A stretch of 64,000 bases of DNA from Schmidtea polychroa (Eukaryota). Shown piece after piece: positions 1 to 48,699 of the stretch. The translations under genes were made by a program, and so were the position numbers. Numbering within the stretch: position 1 is the first letter of the stretch; the number at the start of each line of letters is the position of its first letter. The stretch is from contig CM097885.1 in the NCBI GenBank assembly GCA_044892525.1, positions 28,274,001-28,338,000 on the forward strand, written 5' to 3'. The notes beneath the pieces are model-generated. The model saw only the letters and a list, made by a program, of their open reading frames with translations, made no database searches and was not told where the DNA came from.

Positions 1-697
1 ATATTGTTTCAAATAACAAATATGTCCCGGCTTTGCAAAACTAAAGGCATAGCATAAAACTGTGACTCTTTAATATAACCTATATTAACTTAGCTAACAT
101 ATAGGCAATTGCTGTGTTCTGTATATGTAGCTAGATAAGGATTATGATTTAGAGCTAGACACTGTTAGCTATGGCTTGTGTATAATATAGCTAACGCTGA
201 GCTGAATATAAGATACACATTCTACATTTAAGGGCATGTGGACATTCAGCATACCAATTAAGCACACCAAAACAGCATATAAACATTGTGTGTATTTTTG
301 TACACAAGCCATTAACTCTATCCCTTTTGTTACCCGTGATTATTTGAATATGTACAAATCAACACCAGTGAGTGTATGCGCAATTTTATGATGTTAATTA
401 TCTGTGTCATACGAACAAGGTATCTGCTTCTACTCTAAAATGGTTTTAATGACTAATCATAGATTGTTTCAGTTTTTTAAGCAAGGGAAGGACATTTTCT
501 CGTTTACTTTATGTGAAAGAAAATCATTAATTAACAATTTTCTTTCAATCTGGGCATTAATTGATTTCATATTTTATTTTAAATATTTTTAGTTTTACTC
601 AGTTAAAAATCATAAATTTTTATTTATTTACGAAATATTTTTATGAAGAATAATGACAAATTTTCAGTAGAATTTATTAAAAATGAAACAGAAAATA

Positions 698-35614
<34,917 letters not shown>

Positions 35615-36615
35615 TTTTATTCAACAGTTTTAAAATTTAAATATTAATATGTTTTATTATAATTTTTAAATTGGATTGTATAACTGATTTCAATTGTCGT
35701 TTGCATAACAGCATACAATTTAAACAAATTTAAACTGACCTTAAATGGATAATGAAAGTTATGTTTATTTGTTTAGGATTTTGTTTTACAAAAATTTTGA
35801 AAAAGTAAATAATTAATCGAAATTACAACTGTATTTAAAAAAATTAAGTTATGAAATTTTTCTTTCCAGATTTTGTTATTAGGAATATGCAATTATTTTT
35901 TAATAAAACATGATTATTTACTCACATCATGTTTTGTGATTATAATTAATTTAATAACAAGGTATATATTAATTAATGTAAACCATTTATTTAACAGACC
36001 TCGAATTATCTAACTTCAAATTTAGCGGATAAAATATTTTGTCCGTTTTGGTGGGTTACGTGTGGGGAAACTCTTTCCCTTCTCGAAACTTATCTAGCCG
36101 TTACTTTCACTATGTTCGCATCCCCCTAGCAACTGCGTATAACTATTTTATGTGACCTTTAACGCTCGTCCCAAGCGACGTTGGTAATGCAATTTAACGG
36201 GTAGTTGTCAGCAGAAGGTGAGACCTATGGCGAAGACTGCTATTGACCTGATGAGGCTCTGGGTTCACGGCCTACATTAGAAGCTGTCGTGGACTCCTAT
36301 GTTAAAACTTTCATGGGAAACTTGATTCAAAAAATTCAAAAGTGTGAGATTATGGTTAATCCTTTCTGTCGAATTATCTGCAATTTCGCTAGCAAACTAT
36401 ATTTTAGTTATTCATATTACACAGTTATTTATCTGATAAAAATGTCTTGAGTTTATTATTAGATCAAATTCATTTTCAGGTTTCAAGTTATTCTAAGACT
36501 AAATTCTCTTTGTCCTCAAAACGAAAATTTTTTGAATGTTGTAAACTTGGTGAATTGATTTGAATTGATTTGTAATTATGGTTTTATGAGTTTGAAATTG
36601 TTTGAAAAATAAAGG

Positions 36616-37682
36616 TGTTGAGGTCTGTAAATTAAAATTAAAATTTAAATGAAATTTAGGATAATAATTCAAATAGAAAGTAAGCGAAGAAAAAAGACAA
36701 ATAAAAGCGGGATCGTGCTCAGAATCAATAGTAAAGGAAAGTGTGATGGAAACAGTATTAGAAAATGCCAAAAGCAATTACGAAAGGCAAGAATCCGGAA
36801 ATCCGAGAAAAATCAATAAATGGAAAAATCATCGAAATCGAATAGGAAAAACGGGACAGGTATAGATTAGCTAATGGTCAACAAGATGATGATTAGGGAT
36901 TTATCAGAAAATGGTTAGGAAGGGTCGAAACACATTCAAATGTATGAAAACAGAAAACGTTAATTAATTAATTAATTGGCTAATGGAAAACCAGAGCTAA
37001 TGGGAAACCCGAGCCAATGGAGAACCCGAGAGATAAAGGAAACCCGAGCTGGGTAAACAAGAAGAAAAGCAAACAGAAGGAAGATTTGGGCCCATTAGCT
37101 TGACACAATGATTAATGGGAAAAGAGCAAGGTGAAGATAGCGCGCGTAGGAAGACCGGTAGGGCCATTAATTATCTGGATTCGTTGAACCATTATGGGTG
37201 ACAGCCGAAGCAAATACGTGGGAGCAAATGTCAAATGAAAGATTGGCTCGGCAATAACCATTTGTCATCCTGATTTCGAGGAGTATATAAGGAAAGGGAA
37301 AATCAGAGAAAATCGGCATTTTGCCTCAGCTAAGGTTCGAAGAAACAGAGCTTAGGAAAATTCGGAAACGAATTAGGGAAAGTAGGGAAAAGAAGAAATA
37401 GAATTAGAAATACGGAAAGGTGAAAAAGGAATCAAATCAAACAGAAACCGAGGGAAACGTGGGTCAAGAGAATCTAAAGGAATAAAAGGTGAATATTATC
37501 TTTTTGCAAAGCATCAACGCCGAGCGGAGAATCGTACAAACGGAACTTTGATTAGTAATTGTAAAGTGGTGATAATAAATTGTGAACCTGTTGTTTCAAT
37601 ATACGTTGGGTCGTTCATTGTTTTGATTTAAAGAACACTTGGAGTCAGAGGGAACCGACTTAAAGTAATCTAAAACCCAACA
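36616..37682 (+). mobile_element. Solo LTR (Gypsy-like)
   Basis: TGTTG...CAACA ends, 4-bp TSD AAGG, TATA-like GTATATAA (~37284) and AATAAA (~37574). Confidence 0.85.
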
Positions 37683-38944
37683 AAGGGTTTAAATTGTTTC
37701 TATTATTTTGAATAATGGCCATGATTCCAGTTAATGACGAAAATGAACAGGAAAATATTTATCTTTCAAATGAGCCTAATGAATCATTTTCCGAACTTAC
37801 AAAAGATGCAAAAAAGAAACTTGAAGCATATTCTGGATCTCAAATATATCCTTCATTAGAATACGCTACTGTATATGAAAGCTGCAATAACTATGGAATC
37901 TCAACGAATTGACAACGCGTCAAATGCAGTCAAAATTTGTTTGGCAATTTGTCAGAGAAGTCAAAGAAAAGTCGCGCTTTCGGAATCTTTAAAATTAAAA
38001 TAAGAGTGCTGAGTTGTCAGATTTTGCAAAATTCCAAATCAAGTATATCAGAACAAATATGTTCCTTTCGGACAATCAACAGTTATTTATCTGATAAAAA
38101 TGTTTTGAGTTTATTATTAAATCAAATTCATTTTCAGGTTTCAAGTTATTCTAAGACTATAAATTCTCTTTGTCCTCAAAACGAAAAATGGTACATCATT
38201 TTGTTTGATTTTAATATGACTGCCTCATAGTTAAGCAATTTTCCAAATTTAACCTATTGTTTAAATTTATTCAAAGTAATCAAAAATCAAACAAAATCGC
38301 AAAATTAAACAACTCTAATTATAAATTGAAGTAAGCAATATAAATACAAAAAACAAAATATAGACAAATACCAATCATAAAGGTTTAAATCAGTGTTTTG
38401 TCATTTCTTTTGCTTGGCATTCTGATCAGTCCTTAACTCTCTAATCTTTTTTCTCTCGAACTGTCCATGTCTGGGTTTAAACGGCTTCTTGATGACTGAA
38501 GCCATCACCGGGATTCTTGAGATGAGAGGCGCAATAGCCTGGAATAGTTCCATTTATCAAGTAAAACGGCACTCGATCAACTTTTGTGTCCATGTGGATC
38601 TACGCACAATGCTCGAAAGACTTCTGTGCATATTTTCTTATCATTATCTTGAGATCACGAACAACCCCTTGATCCTCAACCGAAAATCAAATCGATCAAA
38701 TGCTTAAATTGTTAGAAACTAATAATAAATGTACTAAAAAATTTATTATTAGTACCTAATTTTCATTTCGAAGCCTATATATTTTTACATTTACAAGTTT
38801 TTATATATTTCTCAATTAATTATGACCTCTCAAAATGAACTATTTATTTCAATTGTCACAATAAAAGTTTTATAATTATTATTATATTACTAACAATTTA
38901 TTTCTCTATATTTTCCTACAAATTCTACATATTTATTCAAGGTT

Positions 38945-39360
38945 AGTAGAGAGAATTGTGCTCCATGAGTCATCGTTTCTTTGTCATTTTTGCACTACCC
39001 CGATGTCTCATCGAGATGACTCATCAAGGTAATTCTATTTTTAGTAACTAGGTCAAGGTCATTCTATTTTAGTAACAAGATGATATGACTCATCGATGGC
39101 TCATCATCTATTTTTAGTAACAAAGACATCTATTTTTAGTAACATTTTGGATTTATTTTTAAAAACATTTTTGATCCGATCATTGATTCGATCACTGATC
39201 CGATAACTCATCGAGGTCATTCAAGAACATATGACTCATCCTTTTTAGAACACAAAGACATTTAAACAAACATATTTAAACAAAGAAATTTAAACAAAGA
39301 CATTTAAACAAATACAATTAAACAAAGACTCATAAAAACAGGACTCCACTAGAACAAAGA
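38945..39360 (+). mobile_element. Truncated end of a Maverick-related non-autonomous element
   Basis: Starts AGTAGAGAG. It carries repeated ATGACTCATC and TTTTTAG(T/A)ACAAAGAC motifs that are the reverse complement of repeats at 49760-49807. No partner end was found. Confidence 0.5.
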
Positions 39361-39396
39361 TGTGATTATTAAACTTTATTATTATTATCAATATTG

Positions 39397-39988
<592 letters not shown>

Positions 39989-41649
39989 TTCGTCAATTTT
40001 TGATGATTTTTTTGAATTTTCTTTCTCCCAAATTTACCAATTTCTCCTCAACATATTAGTTCCCCATCACCCATTTGTTGTTCTGGCTTCTTTAATACAT
40101 TCCTGTTTTGAATTTGTTATTTTACTTTCATTATTCTGGCTTATTTCTGATTTTTCTATTTTTAGATTTTCAAGTTATTAATTTTTTGTTTTAATCGATA
40201 TCTATTTATTTTCATATTTTCGATGTTTTTAATTTAATAATTATTATATTATCTGTTTTCCGTTTATATATATGTTTTCTTTTATTTTATTTCTCTTCCA
40301 ATTTATTTTAATCTAATTAATTTTTTCTCGTACCTTTTTGCTATTTTCCCTTTTCATGATTTGAGTTCTTCTCATTTGTCCTCGTTGTTTCTTCGTTTCA
40401 ATTAAACAAGCGGTTTGTTCTTCCAATTTTTGTCCAACAGTTTGTCAATTTAGATATTGCTATTTTTTAAATGTTTTTAACCAATATTTTTCCAAAGTTA
40501 AATCAACTAATTATTTTTTATTACTAATTCACTGTTATATTTTGTAGATTTGACTTTACGTAGACCATAATTTTAGTTTTCAAAAAGTAAAGTCGAAAAC
40601 CTATACTGTGTACTTATTGCATTATAAGTCCTGAAAATGCCTTCAAAGATTCAATACAACTGACATAAGTAAAAACAAAACTGTTTTTGGAAATGCGTCT
40701 ACGTAAGTAAATACAAGTAAATAAATAAAATATTTGATTTTTTAGTATAAACATTGGTAAAAGGAATAATAATCAGAAGTTAAATCAAATATAATGAAGA
40801 AAATAATAGAAATTGAATTAATATTTCGAATTTCAAACAAAATAGATAATAAATAATTATAAATACCGAGTCGAAAAGAAAGAATACTTCGAACAGTTAA
40901 AGCGTTTATGCAAATTTTTATAACTTGTTGGTAAGTAGAAATTGTCGAGAAATTTCCGAAAAAGTAAAAACTTTGTTTGAATTTATGTTATATTTGTATT
41001 ATTGTATTTATAAAAAGCTTGATTATGAATCAGTAAATACAGTAAAACCTCGATAATTCGAAATTTTTCTCAAAAGATCTGCGGCAATAATAATAATTTA
41101 TTTATAATAACCCGATAAATCGAATTTCAATAATTCGAAGTAATTTTTTATTCCCATTTTTATAATTCGAATATTTCAATAATGTGAAGTAATTTTTTTA
41201 TTTCCATTTTTAGTTCAAATATTTCACCCCAATGAAAAACAAGTCACAAGTGATTTTGATCCAGAAATTCTTAAAAAATACAAGATTTTCATTTTAACTG
41301 AAATATTATTAACATAAAAATCAAAAAAAAATCACTTGAAAATGGTTGTGTCAAAAATTCGTGAATATCATAAAAACATCAATAGTCAATTTTTTAATAA
41401 ATACAATGTCGATTGAAAAGAAATCAAGGGTGAAAATCGAAAGAAGTTCTTATAATATATAGGTGTGAAATTAATTTAATCAATTTAATTTAATCTATTG
41501 TTCTTTATCTTTCATATCGCTTAGGTGATCTTTATTTAAAATTATAAACACATGAAACTATTTTATTGTTAATTAATAATTATAAAGAAAATATAAATAA
41601 TCATATGAAAATTACAAATATGTTATGAAGACTAAATATGGTGTTAAAT

Positions 41650-42401
41650 TTATATTTTAATCAAAGGACATTCCATTAAAGAGCTAAATCGATACTTACG
41701 CATGTTTCTATAAAAATTATCAAAACAAAGAGACACATCATTATTCATACTTTCAATTGTAGAGCTGAAATTATTGATAATATCCGTGGCATTTTGAGGA
41801 CGTAGTCTAATAGTGAAGTATCTATTTTTTAGGCAGGAGAATATTTCTTCGATGGGATTCAATTGCGGGCTATAAGGGGGCAGATAAACATGATCAACAT
41901 TATTGTTTTCAAACCACGTAGCAACCTCTCGTGTCTTGTGAAACTTTAAATTATCCATTAGAATGACATTATCAGGAGAAAAATAGCCTAAATTTTTACA
42001 TTCTATCAAAAACTCTAAAAAACAGACTACCATTATATGGACCTTCGACTAATTTAATATACAGAAATTTTTCGTTTGAAATTATCGACAATAAACTAAT
42101 ATTTCTTCCTCTGTTTGTTGGAACAGTTATTGCAGCTGGAGTATTAACTGGGGAATATCCATAATTGGGGACCGTATGCAAATTAAACCCGGTCTCATCC
42201 AGATATAAAATGGCATTATTTCTTATATTTCTGAATTTCAAAGCAAATATTTTTCTTTGCGCAATCAATTCAGGAGATTCTACTTTAATTGGCCTTTTCT
42301 GAAGTCTTTTCCTCGTTAAATTAAGTTTTTTAAAATAGAGAGAAACAGTGGGTTGGCTTATATTAATATTCTCAGTTTCTGAAAAATTAGCAATCCCTGT
42401 T
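41650..42401 (-). pseudogene. Tc1/IS630-family DD34E transposase, catalytic part (interrupted)
   Basis: ILYLDETGFNL ... VILMDNLKFHK ... LPPYSPQLNPIE, with 34 residues between the second D and E. Frameshift near 42020. The N-terminus lies beyond the 14.5 kb insertion. Confidence 0.9.
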
Positions 42402-42744
42402 AGTAGGGAGTTAGTGGCCCGCGGCAGCAATAGGGGGGGGGGGTAAAAAATGTTGCAAACTTTTGATTGCATAACTTTTTCCGTAGACATTTTTTGATTA
42501 CATAATTGTTGCCGTAATGCCCAATGTTTTCTGGGATTTTAAATACAAATTTTTTTTTTTTTTTTTTTTTTTTCAATAAACAAGCCAAGGATAAATATTA
42601 TTTGGGTGGGTCTCCTTGGTCCTGAGAATTTCAATAGAAAAAGGTAGTCTTCAATAAAAAAGCATGGATTTTTCACACTATAGTGAGGGGATCTTCTTGG
42701 TCATGAGAATTTCAATAGAAAAGGTGGTTTACATTAAAAAACGC

Positions 42745-43400
42745 ATAGTAAATTTTTAAAATAAAGTAAATTATGGGTCTAAAATTTAAAAATAAAGTAA
42801 ATGATGGGTCTAAAAATTTAAGTAAATCAAGGTTCAGATTTATTTTTGAAATAAAGTAAATTATGGTCTAAATAAGTAAATTATGGGCTAAGATTTTTCA
42901 ATTAAAGTAAATAATGGTTCTAAAAAATTAAATTACAGTAAATTATGGTCCAAATTTTTAAATTAAAGTAAATTATGGTTCTTAAAAATTAAATTAAAGT
43001 AAATTATGGTTCTTAAAAATTAAATTAAAGTAAATTATGGTCAAAATTTTTGAATTACAGTCCAAAAATTTAAATTAAAGTAAATTATGATCCAAATTTT
43101 TAAATTAAAGTAAATAATGGTTCTAAAAAATTAAATTAAAGTAAATAATGGTCCAAATATTTTAAATTACAGTAAATAATGGTTCTAAAAATTAAATTAC
43201 AGTAAATAATGGTCAAAAATTTTAAAATTAAAGTAAATTATGGTTCTAAAAATTAAATTAAAGTTAATTAAGGTCCAAATTTTAAAATTAAATAATCAAT
43301 GGTAAAAAAAAATTTAAATTAAAGTTAAATAAGTAAATTAAAGTAATAATTTTTAAATAAGTAAATTAAAGTAATGTAATAAGTAAATTAAAGTAAGATT
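42745..43400. repeat. Subterminal ~30-bp tandem repeat array, left arm (mirror ~55940-56590)
   Basis: Degenerate unit AAATTAAAGTAAATTATGGT(T/C)C(T/A)AAA.. repeated many times. Confidence 0.85.
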
Positions 43401-43582
43401 TTTAAATTTATTAACAAAAATAGAAGGTGTTTGAGAATTGAAATTTTTTAATGGAAATTTTAATGAATTATTTTTTAAGTAATTTTTAATAGAAATTTTT
43501 ATGAATAATTTTCAATGGTAATTTTTAATGGAAATTTTAATAGAATAATTTTTAAGATAATTTTTAATGAAAATTTTTATGA

Positions 43583-43668
<86 letters not shown>

Positions 43669-43855
43669 TAATATTAATAATATATCAACCAAATACTATA
43701 CAACACATAAAAAATTAACTAAACACATAAAAATAACTAGACACATAACAAAACATATAAACATTAACTAAACACATAAAAATGAACTAGACACATAACA
43801 AACATAAAAATTTACCAAATAACAAATGTAAAGATATAAAATTTATTCAATAAAA

Positions 43856-46800
43856 TTAGTCCTCATCGGACAAAATAACGTCATCGATATCGATGTCATC
43901 TTCTCCAAAATCTTCATTTAATTCTTCCTCATCTTCTCCATCATTTTCTCCAACATTTTCTGAAACATTTTCTGCAACAATTTCTCCAACATTTTCTCCA
44001 ATATTTAATTCACTTAATCTTACATGCCCATATGCAAGACTAGTATTTTGCCCCACCCAAACCCTTTTGTCATCTTTGTTAGTTAGTGCTATTTTTGTGT
44101 TTTTAATTGTAAAAATTTGATGATTTTTGCTTGTTATTTTAGTCTGAGGAACCGAAAAAATCTGGTTAGTGTTATAACAATCCAGGTATGACTGATGTTT
44201 TATGTCACTACCTTTCAATGTTACACCTTTAGCCTTTTTTGTTTCCTCATCACCCAACAAGCTATAACATTTAGGTCTAAGAAAAACCCACTCCTTATAT
44301 TTAAGACCTTTATTCTCGTCTTTGAACTTTCCAATGACTGAATCAAGGTTCTTACTATATAAGGAATGACAACTATTGTAATTGGAAGTATCCAATAAAT
44401 TATCTCGAACCATTGCAGGTAAAAGAACCTCAAGTTTGCAGTTAATGACTTCGAGGAAAAAAGAATCTGTATCACCTGCAACGATATTAATTTTACAATT
44501 AAACTCATTGCGAAATGATTCCAGATCCTTATATTGCAATTCATACATTCTAAGTTTAGATAGATCAAGTACAGATTGACCAATGTAACTCGGTCTATCT
44601 AAACATATAGAATCGGAATTCAATAGTGCTGCAATTAAATTATCTGCTATTTTAATAGATTTTTTAAAAGTCGGTTTTGACGAATATTTAACTAATTTAC
44701 CGGCAGTTGTACAAAGACGAAGATTCATTCTTCTCTTTAAATTTTCAACTGTTTTGCCGTATAAACTATTATTTAGCAATTTATAATAATTTTTATCTAA
44801 GCTATTTACGCTTTTTGATCTTAATTCGGTATTTGTATCTATATATTTTTTAAAAATTGGTGATTGCTTAAATCTTACACCCCTATTTACACGTGTTACT
44901 TTAACACCAAGTTCCAAATATAATTTTAATAATCTCCAATGAATAACATAATTAGATTTTGGAAGATGAGTTAATAATAATTTTTCAACCTTAGACCCAG
45001 CAGGTTTCATTTTTTCAGCAGCTACAGGGAAATCATCCAACTTATCATGAAGCTCAGAAGGAATTACAAGATCAACTTCAAGTGTGTATCCATAAGACAA
45101 AGATTCAAGATTTAAATTCCTACATTCATCCATTATTTTATCAAATCCATCAAGAACCCAACAAAATTCGCCACAAGGTAATGATTGACTTAAAGCCCAG
45201 CCATAAAGATTATTAATATCTATATATAGTAACTCAGTGTTCTCGTCGGTTTTTACGTAATGCTTATTCACAAAAGTAAGACCGCCTCTTATTCCACCCT
45301 CATAAAAGCTAAACATTTCGTTTTCAGTTATGAGTTCAATTGGTTCATTTAAAGACATTAATGCAGAAGACCAAGACATGCCTGGAATTCCGAAATAATT
45401 CAATGGTTCCAATCTATTGTGAGCAATGGATTTCAACCGAAACTGATGAAAGAAATCAGCCAAAAGAAAACAATCAAGTTTTAGGTAGATCATCATATAA
45501 TCTAATAAAGTTACGCAATTAGTTTCTACCCAAATCTCCTGAGCTTTTTCATACTCAAGCTCAGTGACACCCTCCCAGATTGGTGGTAATTCATAAGTAG
45601 TTTGGAGAATATCTAAAGAAGTGGCGAAATTATAAGGGAAGATTCCTTTTTCACTTACTATGGTGCCAGAAAAAGCAGAATTAGTAAAAGGCAAAGAATT
45701 CAAAGTTTTGACTGCTTTAGCCAAAGAATCATTGACAAATTGATACGAATCAATGAATCTTAGGCTAATTTTACCTAAATGAGCAATCAAAGATATAAAT
45801 TTTTCCGTAGTTATTGGGATGCACCCTAAATTCCAATTTTTAAATTTATTTAATCCATATTTAAGTATATGGTGCATATCGTATCCCTTCAAGTTGTGAA
45901 ATACGATAGGCAAAATTTTATTTATTTTCCTATTTACGTTACATGTGCTACAAGCTGCACCCAAGTATTTCCCCGTAAAATGATCGTGATCTCTAACAGG
46001 ATCGACGATAGATTTCATACAAAGATAACAAACAGATGCACTAACAAATTGACGTTGTTCAATTTTTGTTAATTTCATCATAGGTTTCCTACCCATTTTA
46101 TAATAAAAAGGAAGAACCTTATTTAATGCTATATCCTCTATAGCACTTAAAAAACTCTCGACGCAATCTAAACCTATGAACTGCTGATAAGATTTAGACC
46201 CGTCAAAGTTATTTACAAGTAAAAGACCAGCAGATATTGGCATGTGTCGTTGGAAATGATCATTATCAGAAGGTAAAATAGCCTCAAAATCTGCATAAAC
46301 TACAAAAGGAGGAGTTACTGTTTTCGACCAGTCAGTAAACTGTAATAATTTATTTTGAGGGAAGGTGTAAAGAGTTGTTCCTAATTGATTACGTTTACAT
46401 AATATTTCATGTTTTTCTAGTGCGTGTTTATTATTAAACCCATTCAAACACCGATGGTACCATAATGAACGTATGCGTGTAGGACAACTAGTGTTGATAT
46501 GACAATTCATTAACTTATTTAAATTACTTATAGCAACGTAATGGAAATTGTTTCCTTTATTTAATAATAGTAAATTAATTACAGTTCCATTTAAAACTTT
46601 GGAACGATGTATAATATCTAAATGTGGGTGTTTTAATACGTAATTATCTATTAATTGTTTGTTATTGTCATAAGAAAAAACGTTAATTATTAAGCCTGGA
46701 TTTTTGGCCTCGAATTTTCTAATATCTTTTAATTTCATGGGTAAGTCCAATGGATTATATATTAATTCAGATAAATTATAACTGGATGTCCTATTTCTAG

Positions 46801-47437
46801 CATAACTACTAACCTCATCATATTTTAAAATAGCTAAAATGCTATATAAAAAACATGAATCATCGGTGTTTTTTATATTAATTAAACAATATTTATTTTT
46901 TAGATAAGTAGGTGTTTCAATGAAACTCCTACCACTTAATCTACTTAGCCTACTTATTTTTGTTATGGTGAAATGTATTTCAGTGATATTTTTTATATTC
47001 CAACTGCTTCCTAACTCAGTAATATTAGTAATTTTCTCATTTAATTCCTTAATGCCTTCATCAAAAAATGATGCAGTTAAAGGCTTTGCATAATTTGAGA
47101 TATTATTAACCTTTATTTCCCCGTCTTTTTCAAATTCGATTGTTATTCCGAATTGAATTTTGACGGAGCCTAATTCGTTAATAATATCTCGTAATTTTTT
47201 TATTAGTTGTTCAGGAAATATTATTTCTTTTATATTTAAGTCGCTTGTATTTAAGCTTAATATTTGATGGGTACCTCTTAGATCTTTTTGTATTATTGGA
47301 ACATTTCCACCTATTTGTATTATATTTAATCCATCCCAAGAGTCAAGGGAAATATTATCTAATCCAACCTGGGATTCAACAACCAATCCATCATGGGATT
47401 CGACAACCAATCCATCATTGGATTCCACAAAAGGCAA
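43856..47437 (-). CDS. polB: Protein-primed family B DNA polymerase (Polinton/Maverick pPolB), left copy
   Basis: Exonuclease motifs VYADFE, FHNLKGYD, YLKLD. Polymerase motifs YIDINNLYG, KLLNNSLYGK, AGDTDS. Endonuclease VII-like insert CYLC..DHDHFTGKYLGAACSTCN. The listed start is TTG, so the true start is probably upstream. Confidence 0.93.
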   Translation of the reverse strand: MPFVESNDGLVVESHDGLVVESQVGLDNISLDSWDGLNIIQIGGNVPIIQKDLRGTHQILSLNTSDLNIKEIIFPEQLIKKLRDIINELGSVKIQFGITIEFEKDGEIKVNNISNYAKPLTASFFDEGIKELNEKITNITELGSSWNIKNITEIHFTITKISRLSRLSGRSFIETPTYLKNKYCLINIKNTDDSCFLYSILAILKYDEVSSYARNRTSSYNLSELIYNPLDLPMKLKDIRKFEAKNPGLIINVFSYDNNKQLIDNYVLKHPHLDIIHRSKVLNGTVINLLLLNKGNNFHYVAISNLNKLMNCHINTSCPTRIRSLWYHRCLNGFNNKHALEKHEILCKRNQLGTTLYTFPQNKLLQFTDWSKTVTPPFVVYADFEAILPSDNDHFQRHMPISAGLLLVNNFDGSKSYQQFIGLDCVESFLSAIEDIALNKVLPFYYKMGRKPMMKLTKIEQRQFVSASVCYLCMKSIVDPVRDHDHFTGKYLGAACSTCNVNRKINKILPIVFHNLKGYDMHHILKYGLNKFKNWNLGCIPITTEKFISLIAHLGKISLRFIDSYQFVNDSLAKAVKTLNSLPFTNSAFSGTIVSEKGIFPYNFATSLDILQTTYELPPIWEGVTELEYEKAQEIWVETNCVTLLDYMMIYLKLDCFLLADFFHQFRLKSIAHNRLEPLNYFGIPGMSWSSALMSLNEPIELITENEMFSFYEGGIRGGLTFVNKHYVKTDENTELLYIDINNLYGWALSQSLPCGEFCWVLDGFDKIMDECRNLNLESLSYGYTLEVDLVIPSELHDKLDDFPVAAEKMKPAGSKVEKLLLTHLPKSNYVIHWRLLKLYLELGVKVTRVNRGVRFKQSPIFKKYIDTNTELRSKSVNSLDKNYYKLLNNSLYGKTVENLKRRMNLRLCTTAGKLVKYSSKPTFKKSIKIADNLIAALLNSDSICLDRPSYIGQSVLDLSKLRMYELQYKDLESFRNEFNCKINIVAGDTDSFFLEVINCKLEVLLPAMVRDNLLDTSNYNSCHSLYSKNLDSVIGKFKDENKGLKYKEWVFLRPKCYSLLGDEETKKAKGVTLKGSDIKHQSYLDCYNTNQIFSVPQTKITSKNHQIFTIKNTKIALTNKDDKRVWVGQNTSLAYGHVRLSELNIGENVGEIVAENVSENVGENDGEDEEELNEDFGEDDIDIDDVILSDED

Positions 47438-47479
47438 TCCGACCTGGGATTCAAAAGAAGAAGTATCTAATTTAATTTT

Positions 47480-48197
47480 TTAATTTTTATTATTTTTTTC
47501 TATAGTTGAGGGTCTTTTAAAAACACTATCTTTTTTAAAATTAAACCTATCTAAATGATTTTTATGTTTATTATAAAAAACGCTATATGTTACGGGGTCA
47601 CTAGTCTTACATACGGGACATATAAAATAAGTTTTATTATAATATTTTTTCGTATAATAATTCTCCATTATAGAATGGCAATTATTATCATGTTCTTTCG
47701 ATGAACAATAATTTGGGTAAAGTATACCTATAAAATAAAAATTTAATAAAAAAAATATAATTTAAATGAAATATTTTAGTAAATGTTTACGCAAAAATTT
47801 GCAAATTATTATTATTTTACAAATTTTATTTACTAAAAAATAAAAATTTACTAAATTAAAAATATTAACATTTACTTAAATAAAAAATTATATTAAATTT
47901 CCTTTAAATTATAAAAAGTAATCAATACTTACATTGTAAATTTTCATTTCGATTTATTGACACATTGACATAATTTTTTTCTTTATTCGTATTACCTAAA
48001 TTATTAATTAATTAAATCAATAAATTAAAAATTATGTTTACTTTTTCTTTTCAAATTTCCTTTAATCTTAGATTTTAAATTGTCTTCATTAATATTATCT
48101 AAATTAATTAATAAATTAATTAATAAATAAATTAAAATTTACCAAATTTCTGAATTTTTTCTCGGACATTCATAACGTTTTCTATTAAAGAATTCAT
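47480..48197 (-). CDS. 4-exon leader ORF (140 aa, C2H2-like Zn finger), left copy
   Basis: Mirror of 51173-51890: exons 48197-48143, 48098-48042, 47995-47933, 47727-47480. Confidence 0.7.
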
Positions 48198-48699
48198 TTT
48201 TAAAGGTTAACTATTTGTTAAATGTGACTAATGATTGATTATTGTTTATAGATTATTATTGTTTATAGATTATTATTGTTCATAGGAACAAATTCTAACC
48301 AATCAAAATCAAGGAAGGGTAGGAAAAATTAATTTATTTTAAAACACATTTTGACGCTAAAGTTGACTTATTTAACATTTTCATAATAATTTAATAAAAA
48401 TAATGTGATGAACACACAAAGTAATATCATTTTTCATCAAATTGCAAAACAGTAATAACGTTTTCATAAAATTGTAACAAAGTAATAACATATTTCAGAT
48501 AAATTTTCAACAGTTGTAAAATATTTATCAAATTGTAACTAAAATAATAAAAATATTGCAACAAAGTAATAAAATAATAATGGTAATTAAGACAAATCAA
48601 TACATTATTTCGAAGACGGACAACAAATTAAAAAGAATATTGTAACTAAAATAATAAAAATATTGCAACAAAGTAATAAAATAATACAACATTTTAAAC

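Noticed and set aside
36240..36300. Second hammerhead (CTGATGAGGC...GCC)
   Set aside because: No GAAA box after stem II.
41040..41230. Tigger-like element starting CAGTAAAACCTCGATAATTCGAA
   Set aside because: Only one TIR-like end is present, with no partner or coding remnant.
41996..42490. 164-aa ORF as a complete protein
   Set aside because: Chimeric: the first ~30 residues come from the Polinton terminus read into the split transposase.
43893..47475. Short overlapping ORFs within pPolB (and their mirrors at 51895-55477)
   Set aside because: Antisense or alternate-frame shadows with no recognisable motifs.
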